Of a stretch of 64,000 bases of DNA, positions 37,442 to 46,676 are shown in pieces; within the stretch, counting starts at the first letter, position 1, and every line of letters begins with the position of its first letter. Location: the IMG/VR virus record IMGVR_UViG_3300036766_002181, positions 62,001 to 126,000 of that record; one strand, given 5' to 3'. The notes beneath the pieces were generated by a model, which searched no databases, was not told the DNA's origin, and worked only from the letters and a program-made list of their open reading frames with translations. A program made the translations under genes and the position numbers.

Positions 37442-37748
37442 TTAGGTTATTTTAATCAAAAAGTCTTTTTCAATATCAGATTCATGTGTTCCATAGGATC
37501 TCTTTGTTCCAAAGTCATAAAATGTTTTATATGAAAACGGTTCTTCAATAGTCTTATCAGCGGGGCCTTCACCAAGATACATCAAGAGAGTGGCTGCTCC
37601 CTCATGGGTTGGCAGGGTAAAGTAACGAGAACCATTTACTATCAATACCGCCTTCATCTTTTCTGTTTTCTCTTATAAAGAATTCACAAACATGCCAGGC
37701 CACGGGCTTGGTCTTTATTCTTAATCGATATAAGTCTCCTGGGATCAT
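37442..37748 (-). pseudogene. Frameshifted PGxLY-family gene (ORF1 37602-37748, ORF2 37442-37657)
   Basis: ORF1 MIPGDLYR...EGGIDS and ORF2 TLLMYLG...FYD...GTHE together align with the intact neighbour 37745-38080. Confidence 0.6.
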
Positions 37749-38080
37749 ATTAATTTCTTAAAAAACAAAGATATAAAATTATCTTCATGTGTTCCAATCC
37801 ACTGGCTTGCTTGTGGTTCATAAAACAATATACCATCTGGAACTTCTTCTGAATGGCCCATATACATCAGGGTTGTGCCGGCCTTTACGGTATAGCCCTC
37901 TAGATCTGCACGACAATCTATAAACCCTCCTTCAGAAGCGCATATATCTTCCAGACTTGCATCTGACTTAAATCGCCAAAAAGAATAATACCTTGTTTTT
38001 CTTCTTCCCTTTAAAGAAAATAAATCGCCTTCCTTTAAAAATAAAACAGATTTTTTATTTACTTTTTTCTTTTTTATCAT
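37745..38080 (-). CDS. PGxLY-family protein
   Basis: KEGDLF...EGGFID...TLMYMG...FYE...GTHE. Confidence 0.6.
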   Translation of the reverse strand: MIKKKKVNKKSVLFLKEGDLFSLKGRRKTRYYSFWRFKSDASLEDICASEGGFIDCRADLEGYTVKAGTTLMYMGHSEEVPDGILFYEPQASQWIGTHEDNFISLFFKKLI

Positions 38081-38081
38081 A

Positions 38082-38999
38082 TTAAAAATTTAAACTCTTA
38101 TGCTTTTTCTTATGACAATCATGACAAAGAACAATACCAGAAACCTTGTTTGTCAAATGATAATCCGTAACCGCCTTAATAATTTCTTGTTTTAATTGAA
38201 AGGTTTCTATGCTGTATGGCGTGGCAACAGCATAGTGATCAGCCCAACCCAATCGCCTTGCCTCGGATATAACAATAGAAGACATAGATTCTTGATTGTG
38301 ATGGACGTTTAATTTTGGATTTTTATTGCCATTGTTATAAAAATCTTTTCCACATTCCTGACAGGCAAATCTCGCCGCTTCCAAGAAGGGGCGCTTCCAT
38401 TCCTTATAAAGCCTTTTGCTGCTGCTACACATTGTGTGCAACGGAGCAATTCCTCCCTTCCATTGAGAATGCTCTGGTCCGCTTTTTCCCTTAAAAGTTC
38501 CATCTTTCCAATACTTCTTTGCCCTTTCACTTAACCTGGGATCTGCCGATCTGTTTTCGGCCATCTTCTTAATACTTTTATTGGTTTCCTTGGTCTTGCC
38601 CTGTGCCCAATGTTGTCCGGTTTCTTTTTCAAAGAATGGGTGAAAGGTTCCATCCTCAATCATTTTCTTTCGAGTCTCAAGGGACTTTTCTCTTGCCTTC
38701 TGATTGTGACCCCAATTGTTGTTCACACGAGCAGCATGACCACGAATATATTCTCGAAATCCTTCTCGAATTCCAAGAAACTTGGTTTTTTCTCCACAGC
38801 CACAGGCACATCTTGGTTCCGAGCCATTCAATAAGATATAAAGTTCTTTCGATGGTTTTTTGTGGCCTTTTCGAAAGTGAACCGACAAGGAAAGCAAAGA
38901 GGGAAAAAGGGCTGTGCAAAGCGGGCATACATGAGGTTTAATTTCCTCCTCTTCCTCCTCCTCTTTTGATGCTACAATTGCTGCTGTTTTGTTTTCCAT
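38082..38999 (-). CDS. HNH endonuclease with zinc finger and NUMOD-like segments (free-standing homing endonuclease)
   Basis: CPLC...H...H, CACGCG, KSGPEHSQWKGG, CQECG...LNVHH...LCHDCHKKKH. Confidence 0.8.
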   Translation of the reverse strand: MENKTAAIVASKEEEEEEEIKPHVCPLCTALFPSLLSLSVHFRKGHKKPSKELYILLNGSEPRCACGCGEKTKFLGIREGFREYIRGHAARVNNNWGHNQKAREKSLETRKKMIEDGTFHPFFEKETGQHWAQGKTKETNKSIKKMAENRSADPRLSERAKKYWKDGTFKGKSGPEHSQWKGGIAPLHTMCSSSKRLYKEWKRPFLEAARFACQECGKDFYNNGNKNPKLNVHHNQESMSSIVISEARRLGWADHYAVATPYSIETFQLKQEIIKAVTDYHLTNKVSGIVLCHDCHKKKHKSLNF

Positions 39000-39183
39000 A
39001 TCGACTTAATCTCCATCGCCATTTTATTGGGTTATGAAAATTAGTCTAACATAGAACTTTACAAATGTAAACAACAATGTGATGCTGCCATTTTCAACTA
39101 TCGGCTTCGATAATATGGTAGCTCAAGAAACAAGCAGAATAGATCCAAGAAAACGTCGCCACTACATTGTCGAATCAGAGTGT

Positions 39184-39675
39184 CTAGTATTGTGCCACGG
39201 CGTTATCAAATCTCAAAGTTAATGTGATCTCCATCAGGTCAGTTGCAGAGTCATAGGCAAGATCTCCGAACTTGGCCTCTGTAATAAAGGCACCCTTGAT
39301 ATCCCAAAGTTGGACCACTGTTCCAACTGGATCTAACATCTTGATCTGTACGTCTCTCTTGTAAAAGTCAGCATAACCGGCTCTGCCTGAAACTGATTCA
39401 AAACAAAGACGAATCCATTCCATGACCTGCTGGGCTCCTGAAGGGGCAATAGGATCATGAAGGACTACGGCAAGAGTATCAAAGGTGGTTTTTCCGGCAA
39501 CATATCTGGTTGAGTTAATCCAGGGAATAGGAATTTCCTCTGTTTTATAACCAGGGCGAGCAGCAGACTTAACAATAAAAGAATCAATGCCTTCTATGGC
39601 AAAAACGAATCTTCGCTTTGCCAGTGGTTCAAACTTGTTTGGCAACAGGGCAGAGCTATCTAGCGTGATCGTCAT
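39184..39675 (-). CDS. Tail tube protein (T4 gp19-like)
   Basis: RRFVFAIEG, ARPGYKTEEI, YVAGKTTF, QVMEW, YKRD..I.MLDPVG..V..W...GAF, LTLRFD. Confidence 0.9.
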   Translation of the reverse strand: MTITLDSSALLPNKFEPLAKRRFVFAIEGIDSFIVKSAARPGYKTEEIPIPWINSTRYVAGKTTFDTLAVVLHDPIAPSGAQQVMEWIRLCFESVSGRAGYADFYKRDVQIKMLDPVGTVVQLWDIKGAFITEAKFGDLAYDSATDLMEITLTLRFDNAVAQY

Positions 39676-39749
39676 TGTGCTATAATTTCCTTACTTTTTG
39701 AATATCAGTTTATTCTTCTTTTAAGTATGCTAGAATTAACAAAATTTCT

Positions 39750-40847
39750 ATGATATTTGTTCAAAAAGAAGCTGCTGGTGACTCTGGCATGATAGAAAAA
39801 TCTGGAATTTATCAAATTAAAAATATCATAAACAATAAGTTATATATCGGTTCTGCTAGAAACTTCAGAATAAGATTTAATGACCATATTCATAAACTTA
39901 AAAGGAATAGGCATCCAAATAAATATCTTCAAAACGTTTATAATCAAAACCCAAAAAGCTTGGCTTTTACCATAATAGAAATTGTTGAAAACTGGCAACT
40001 TAATCTTCTTATAAAGGAACAAGAATATTTGAATGTCTTCCACGACAAACAGCAGACCTGTTATAACATGTGTCCTACGGCTGGCTCGGCTTTTGGAAGA
40101 AGACACTCAGAAGAAACCAAGAAAAAGATGTCACGATCTGCTATTGGACAACCGTGTTCTATAGAAACCAGGGCCAAAATGTCTGAGATAAGCAAAAAAA
40201 GAATTAAAGATCACTTTAAATCTGGCAAAGAAAATCCAATGTTTGGAAAAACCGGGAGCAAACACCATTTTTATGGAAAGCACCAAAGCTCAGAATCAAT
40301 TCTTAAAAGAAAAGAAACCATAGCAAAAAGAGACAAACCAATTGCCTATCATGCCAGACAAATTGCCCAATATGATATGGAGGGAAATTTAATTCAGATT
40401 TTTAAATCCGTATCAGAAGCAGAAAGACAATTGAAAAACAAAGGCATCAGTAGTTGCATGTATAGAAAAGCACAAACTTCTGCTGGTTTTGTCTGGAGAG
40501 ATCCGCTAGAGGATGGTTCTTTTCCGTCAAAAATTGATGCAATTACAAAAAAGCCCACTGGCTTTTTTGGCAGACATTCACAAGAGACAATAGAGAAAAT
40601 AAGAAAAAATCATCCAAGCAAAAGATCAGTACAACAATTTGACAAACTCAATCAAGCCATATCTCTTGAAACATATTCCAGTCTAAAGGAAGCCAGCAGA
40701 AAAACTGGAATAGTCTATTCTACAATTTGTGCCTGCTGTAAAGGCAAAAGACCATCTGCCGGCGGATTCATATGGAAATATCTTTTAGAAAAAGAACCGC
40801 CAGCAGATAATCAATATCCACCATCATCATCTTCTGGCTTGTTATAA
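39750..40847 (+). mobile_element. Free-standing GIY-YIG homing endonuclease with NUMOD3/NUMOD1 repeats, opposite to the structural operon
   Basis: SGIYQIKNIINNKLYIGSA, HSEETKKKMS, GKENPMFGK, IAQYDMEGNLI..F.S..EA; likely start at 39789. Confidence 0.9.
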
Positions 40848-40951
40848 ATATTGCCGTTTCCAGGCTCATAAAGATCCGTTGTTATCCTCCCCATCTGCTC
40901 AAAATCAAGGCTTCTTCTTTGTAGTAGGCCGGCCGAAGGATCAACAGGCAT
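40811..40951 (-). CDS. Small 46-aa ORF, not in the ORF track
   Basis: ATG directly abuts the upstream stop (TAAATG); MPVDPSAGLLQRRSLDFEQMGRITTDLYEPG... Confidence 0.35.
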   Translation of the reverse strand: MPVDPSAGLLQRRSLDFEQMGRITTDLYEPGNGNIYNKPEDDDGGY

Positions 40952-42385
40952 TTATTTTCCTATTTTAAGCAAAAGTCTCTTTCCAAGTCTTTTTGCTCTT
41001 TCATCGATATCCTCGCCTGACTTATTCCATTCTTCTGGATCAAAGTCCTTATAATAGGCCTCAACTATATTTTCTACAGACATATAGGCGTTATAGGTAA
41101 GTTCTCCTACTGGAAGAACATTAAGAAGGGCCATAATGGTCTGTTGACTGAGAAGATCCTTTTCTTTTCCATTCTTTTCTATGCCGGCCAAAGAAAAGGC
41201 ATACTTCAGGGCAAGTCTATCTTTCTTAGAAAGAGCCATCTCTGCTTCAAGATTTGAAAGAAGTCTTAAACTCTTTTTTCTGTAGCCCTCTGGATTTCCG
41301 AGAAAGTTATCTGCATTATTGTCCTCTTCTGTGTCATCGTCGTCATCATTTTTCTTCATAAAAGGAAGAACCGTACCTTCTTGTTTCATGGTATGGGCAT
41401 CTGCCTTGTAGGGCATTTTAACAGCACCAGAAAATGTTGGATTCTTTGATTTCTTTACAATTCTATCATTGGCCTCAAAGGTTACCTGGGCAATGGCATA
41501 AATCTTTTCAAGAATCTTTGTTCTGATTTTCTTTGATAATGTTTTTATCATGGTTTGAAGTTTTGGTGCAATTCTATAATCTGGGCTTCGATTCATAAGA
41601 ACCTTATGGAGAGCCCAGTTGCTATCATAAATTTTCATAAATTCTTCCCTTGAGGGAAATCCTTTTCTTCCCTTTCCATGAAAAATAAAGGCATCAAGAA
41701 TTTCTTGCAATAAAACAACCTTTATTGCCTCCATTAATCTATCTGTAAGCTCTGCATTTCCAATAACAAGGGCCCGTCTTTCTGGATCCTCTATATATTG
41801 ATCCTCGCAGAAGATTGCATCCTTAAGAACCTTGTCGGTATCAAGATCCCTGTCTTCTTCTTCCTTGTCATCATCATTGGATTCTTTTTTAAGAGGCTCT
41901 TTTTCTTGATCTAGAATTTCTGGATTGTGGTAATGATCGGGCTCATATTCCTCTTTATCATCATAGGGATTATAACGTTTTTTCTTCTTTGCGCCGCCAT
42001 ATCCCCAGCCAAAATCATCGTCGCCATCATCTAAAGAGGTTCTTTTGTTATTAAAATGACCCGGATAACCCCTTGCTTCCTCTACCTCTGTTTTTTCCTT
42101 TGCATCCAAAGAAGTTTTTTTATTATCAAAATGATGATAGCCCCTTGTTGTCCTATCCTTTAATGAAGCATGAAGTTCAATTTCTTTTTGCAGGTCAAAG
42201 TTTGCCTTTAAAAGAGTTTCGTTGGCAAGCTCTACAACCCTATTGTGCGAAACCTCTGCTGCCGTAAAGATGTAGTCGTTAAGGTTTTCTAAATACTTTA
42301 TAAGATAGTTCTTTGCAAGCTCACGACTTTCTCTGGCAGCCTCTTGCATCCAGGGCTTCTGTCTTCTTGGAGGGCGATTGTTCAT
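40952..42385 (-). CDS. Hypothetical acidic/basic protein in the structural operon
   Basis: 477-aa ORF; internal duplicated RGY(P/H)..F.NK(K/R)TSLD. Confidence 0.65.
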   Translation of the reverse strand: MNNRPPRRQKPWMQEAARESRELAKNYLIKYLENLNDYIFTAAEVSHNRVVELANETLLKANFDLQKEIELHASLKDRTTRGYHHFDNKKTSLDAKEKTEVEEARGYPGHFNNKRTSLDDGDDDFGWGYGGAKKKKRYNPYDDKEEYEPDHYHNPEILDQEKEPLKKESNDDDKEEEDRDLDTDKVLKDAIFCEDQYIEDPERRALVIGNAELTDRLMEAIKVVLLQEILDAFIFHGKGRKGFPSREEFMKIYDSNWALHKVLMNRSPDYRIAPKLQTMIKTLSKKIRTKILEKIYAIAQVTFEANDRIVKKSKNPTFSGAVKMPYKADAHTMKQEGTVLPFMKKNDDDDDTEEDNNADNFLGNPEGYRKKSLRLLSNLEAEMALSKKDRLALKYAFSLAGIEKNGKEKDLLSQQTIMALLNVLPVGELTYNAYMSVENIVEAYYKDFDPEEWNKSGEDIDERAKRLGKRLLLKIGK

Positions 42386-43620
42386 TATGGCGCCTGTAGA
42401 TCTACGTCGGGCGGGCCATAGGAATCTGCTATGTCCTGCTGCATTTCATTCCAGGCATCAACTGCCTGTTCCTTGGTTACTTCATCTACAAATTCATTAC
42501 GATTAGAGCTATCAGGGGCTCCGTCATAACAGTTGCCACAACTAATTGTATATCCCCAATAGGATCCATCATAAAGCGTTGGCAAATCTCCACAATCATG
42601 GCATGGAAGAACACCTGGAAGATCCTTGCCTTCTACTTTTCCGCCAGCAAGATCTCTAGGGCCCTCTTCCAAAGCGGGTCTTCTTCCAAATTTATTTGAA
42701 CTTTTATGTCTTCTTTTTTGTTCGTCATAGTCAAAAATAGAACCCAGATCAAAATCATCCTCGCCACAATTTGGACACTTTATGTTTCTCTCATCATCTC
42801 CTATACCAAATCGAGAACCGCAACCATTGCAGCGTATGCGCACCTTTCTAACATCTTCCTTCAGACCTTCTTCTAAAACATCAATATCTGTGCCATGACA
42901 CTTCGGACAGGTAGGATTCATTGAATTTGTACTAAACTTTCTGCCGCATTCCATACATTCAACCCTTACTTTGTGATTATCTTTTCGGGGCTTCTCGGCA
43001 TGTTCGCCTACCGTACCAACAAGAGATCTTTTTGCCACGTTGTTCCTTTTTTCCGTATGCCATGGTTCATAGGCAGAGGGTATTTCCATCCAGGTTGATC
43101 CATCATGGGCACTTGCAAATACTTGGGCAATTTTCTTTTGGATTGGAAACTCATCCAAGACTTTTCTAACCTCTTTGCTATCCTTAACATAGAGATCAGA
43201 TTCAAAATGATGCATTGTCGCATCAATTCCTAAAAGCTCCTGATAAAGACTAGAATGTCCCATTTCTTCATTAACGGGGGCCGGTCTATAGAGGGGTTCT
43301 AATTTGTTTCTTAGCCATTCATAGGGATCGCCTGATCTTGCCTTCTGGATTTCATGGGGCATTTCATCACTATAATAATCAGTTAATACAGACACTAGCT
43401 CTTGAGAAAGGTTGTCTGTTTCTCCTTTAACAAAGGCTTCGAGTTCCTGATCCTCTACAGGATCAAGATCCAATCTTACCTCTTGCTTTTTTACGTAGGG
43501 CCGGAAGCCAAGTTTTTGTGCAACTTTCCTACCAAAAGAAGATTCTTTTAATACAATAGAAGAAACAATTTCTTTCAAATGCCTCTCTGTGAGTTTTGTC
43601 TTAATTGCCATGATTGCCAT
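42385..43620 (-). CDS. Multidomain zinc-ribbon protein with C-terminal Lar-like domain; putative internal head protein
   Basis: CMECG..CPKC, CNGCG..CPNC, and PCHDCG...ISCGNC...EQAVDAWNE; KLTE, LKE and LEE linkers. Confidence 0.65.
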   Translation of the reverse strand: MAIMAIKTKLTERHLKEIVSSIVLKESSFGRKVAQKLGFRPYVKKQEVRLDLDPVEDQELEAFVKGETDNLSQELVSVLTDYYSDEMPHEIQKARSGDPYEWLRNKLEPLYRPAPVNEEMGHSSLYQELLGIDATMHHFESDLYVKDSKEVRKVLDEFPIQKKIAQVFASAHDGSTWMEIPSAYEPWHTEKRNNVAKRSLVGTVGEHAEKPRKDNHKVRVECMECGRKFSTNSMNPTCPKCHGTDIDVLEEGLKEDVRKVRIRCNGCGSRFGIGDDERNIKCPNCGEDDFDLGSIFDYDEQKRRHKSSNKFGRRPALEEGPRDLAGGKVEGKDLPGVLPCHDCGDLPTLYDGSYWGYTISCGNCYDGAPDSSNRNEFVDEVTKEQAVDAWNEMQQDIADSYGPPDVDLQAP

Positions 43621-43645
43621 GATTGCCTCTTAAAACTCCCCTTGA

Positions 43646-46624
43646 TTACACTTGGTTTGTAACCACAAAGTCAATGCTCACCGTTTCAAGCGTCTTGCTA
43701 GGCGTAATAAATATGGATCCTCTTATAATCCTGTTTTCTAAGTCTGCCTGAGTGGTCGTTGTTGTATCGATCTTAACCAAGAATCTTTCAACTCCCTTTT
43801 GATCCTGTATGGCCTTTAAAATTGGGGTTGTAAGCTGGGCAAATCTTGCAAGGGTTTCTTCACGACCCTGCTCAAAGAGCATTCTATAACCAACGGCCTT
43901 AACCTTGCGTCTAATGTCAATTAGAAGCCTTCGAACGTTAACTCTATCAAGAGAGCTTTCAGTTTGAAGAAGTGTCTTTTGTCCCCAAACCACAACTCCT
44001 TCTGAACCTGCAAAAGAAACAAGTGGATTAATGTTTGCATCCTGAAGAGTGTCCATGTTTTCTTTAGACAGTCTAACGGCTGCCGATTCTACTGTGTCTA
44101 GAGAGCCTCTGGTAAATCCAGCAGGAGCAAACCATGGATGGGCTACTGCATCATTCTTTGCAAAGGCACCAAGAACGGCGACTGAGGGTGGCACCACTCT
44201 GGTTCTTCCTGTAAAACTATCTCTAAGAACAACATCTGGGAAATAGGCAGCACCAAAAGAGCTGTTAATTCCACGGGCTGTATGTTGGTTGGAGGTGTTC
44301 TTAACGCTCAAAATCTGATTACTTGAAGAAATTGGCAAATTCTGAATATCATACTGTGGAACATCCATAATAAAGACAGAATCAAATCTGTTTTCATTAA
44401 CAAGAAGCGCCCTATCAGTGATTACTGTATGGCGAATTCCTGGAACTGCCATCATTTGAATGTCAATTTCTGTAACATCCTCAAAGATATCCAATGCCTT
44501 ATTAAAAGCAGCAACCGTTGGTCCGTCAGTAAGGCCACGATCTGCATAGGTCATTTCTTCTGTCACGGCCAAGTCTGTCATGTTGACGGCATCTCTGTCG
44601 AAAACATTTGTTCCATCAAATCCGCCATGCAAGAAGAAGGAGAACTTGGCAACATTGCGTGTTGCGGCATCAGTCAAATCATTTACAGAAAGGGCTCTAG
44701 TGTCGCTGTCCACTGTAACATTACCATCTCTTACATAAATCCACTCATCCATTTTTTGTGTATTTGGTTTATCAAAGGCATTAATTGCAATTTGTATATT
44801 TCCCAGGGAGAACTTATTATGATTAAATCTATCAGCATCAAGAATGCCATTCTCGGCAGAATCGGCAACTCCCTGGTTATTGCTTAAGACCATATTCATA
44901 AAGTCTGTATGGAAATTTGGATAATACTTGTTAAACGACAGGATGTTGGTATCCTGGGCCGTGCTTAGGTTTGGCTCTGCAACGCTGGTCTTTTCTTCAA
45001 ATTGAATGCCCCAATAAAGAGCCTTATCAACAACTCTATTTGGCGTTGAGCCTCTGGTAATTCTTTCTCTAAGAGGAACAGGCAATTGAACAATATTAAA
45101 GAAGGGATCAGAAACAGAAAGATAATCACCATCATCAAAACTGTTAAATGGAGCCGACCCAGAAGTTACAAGGTGTGGAACCCCACGGAAACCAAATGGA
45201 ACTGCGGCAGGAGAAAGTTCGCCATCAGAAACCTTGTTGGCCATTTCAACTCTCATATATCTTGAATTGTTTTCAAAATTGCCTTCGGTAATAAGCTTTT
45301 GTGAGCCAATTGCTGCATCAAAATTAAAGAAGGTTTTTGTATCTCCAACAATTCGAGCAACATATTGCGGAGAATCAGGATTTAGACTTAATCCTCTCCA
45401 TGCCTCAACTGCAACAGGAGCCTTGTCATTGTCGTTAAAATCTCTTACAAGGAGATCAAACTTGCCATAAGGCTCTGCATCTGTGCCTGGGATAATATTC
45501 TCAATTGAGAACTTAAGTCTAGAGTTTGGTTCCTTGCCATCTGAAAGGGCAGAAATCTTAAACAGATTTTCTTCCTGGCCACCAAATTTCTGTGAAACCA
45601 CATAAACAGATTCGGCAGTACGATATCTGTCTTCAAAATTTTCAAAACTTGGGATCGTGGTTGAGCCCGAGTTTCTAGTTGGCGAAGCTGACGTTAATAG
45701 GAAAACAACGTCTTCAGTTTCGAGTGCTCCCGAGACTGCGCCTACACCAAAATCCTCTAAAACAACACCTGAGCCTGTTGGCGTGGCTAGGGCTGGGTGA
45801 ATTTTATAATCAGCATATAGGAGGTGGCCTGCCTGCTCGACCTTATAAGGATCTGTATTAAGCACCTTGGTAAGATAGTTTGGTGCCGTTGGGTCAAAGG
45901 AGGCTGTAATAACATTTGGAAAGGCTGGATCAGGATTGCTGTGTCCATTTAGAAGCACAACAAATTCTTGACGCCCGTTGGCTATGTTTAGAGAGCCTGT
46001 AAGGCTCCCTGAAGCCGTTGAAGAAGTGCCTGTGGCATCTGGTGCATTGTCTGCCACTCTGCTGCTAGAGAGGGTTGCATACACTCCTGAAGCTGCAAAA
46101 ACAATACCACGAACAACCGGAACTCCTTCTATTGGTAGGCCAGCATCGGAAAAAATTGTTGAGGAACCTGTTTGCTTCATATAGCAACCAAGGACAAAGG
46201 TTCTGCCTTCATCTCCTTCGCCAGGAACGGTTACATATTGATTATCATCAAGACCACCACCAGGAGCCTGTGGAAGAACCGCACCGACAACAAAGCCGCC
46301 AAAAACAACACGGCCAGAGTTGTCACCAGCATCTTCTCTTGCCTTGCCTGAACCGGCACCAAGAACCCTAAGAAAGGTTAATGCCTGTGAATTTCTTAGC
46401 CATTCGATGGCTGCCATGGGAGCAGCAGCCTGATCATCTGTCGATGTACCAAAATCTACCACGAAGTCTGAATCCGTTGGAAGGGTTACAGGAACGAAGG
46501 CTGGTCCCTTTTGAGAAGTGCCTATAACTCCAGCCGGAATACCGGCAGGACGAATTGAAGTTGGACCAGTTCTATTGATTACCCTTGTCGTAACTCCTGC
46601 GCTCTTGTATGTTATTTGTGACAT
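43646..46624 (-). CDS. Tail sheath protein (copy 1)
   Basis: GVIGTSQKGPAFVP, LRVLG, GGFDG, AVPGI, YFPDV, PPSVA, PWFAPAG..RG, INP, WGQKTL, RVNVRRL. Confidence 0.95.
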   Translation of the reverse strand: MSQITYKSAGVTTRVINRTGPTSIRPAGIPAGVIGTSQKGPAFVPVTLPTDSDFVVDFGTSTDDQAAAPMAAIEWLRNSQALTFLRVLGAGSGKAREDAGDNSGRVVFGGFVVGAVLPQAPGGGLDDNQYVTVPGEGDEGRTFVLGCYMKQTGSSTIFSDAGLPIEGVPVVRGIVFAASGVYATLSSSRVADNAPDATGTSSTASGSLTGSLNIANGRQEFVVLLNGHSNPDPAFPNVITASFDPTAPNYLTKVLNTDPYKVEQAGHLLYADYKIHPALATPTGSGVVLEDFGVGAVSGALETEDVVFLLTSASPTRNSGSTTIPSFENFEDRYRTAESVYVVSQKFGGQEENLFKISALSDGKEPNSRLKFSIENIIPGTDAEPYGKFDLLVRDFNDNDKAPVAVEAWRGLSLNPDSPQYVARIVGDTKTFFNFDAAIGSQKLITEGNFENNSRYMRVEMANKVSDGELSPAAVPFGFRGVPHLVTSGSAPFNSFDDGDYLSVSDPFFNIVQLPVPLRERITRGSTPNRVVDKALYWGIQFEEKTSVAEPNLSTAQDTNILSFNKYYPNFHTDFMNMVLSNNQGVADSAENGILDADRFNHNKFSLGNIQIAINAFDKPNTQKMDEWIYVRDGNVTVDSDTRALSVNDLTDAATRNVAKFSFFLHGGFDGTNVFDRDAVNMTDLAVTEEMTYADRGLTDGPTVAAFNKALDIFEDVTEIDIQMMAVPGIRHTVITDRALLVNENRFDSVFIMDVPQYDIQNLPISSSNQILSVKNTSNQHTARGINSSFGAAYFPDVVLRDSFTGRTRVVPPSVAVLGAFAKNDAVAHPWFAPAGFTRGSLDTVESAAVRLSKENMDTLQDANINPLVSFAGSEGVVVWGQKTLLQTESSLDRVNVRRLLIDIRRKVKAVGYRMLFEQGREETLARFAQLTTPILKAIQDQKGVERFLVKIDTTTTTQADLENRIIRGSIFITPSKTLETVSIDFVVTNQV

Positions 46625-46676
46625 TATTTCTTCCTATGTATCTATTTCTTTTCTATAACTATTGGTTTTATTCTTT

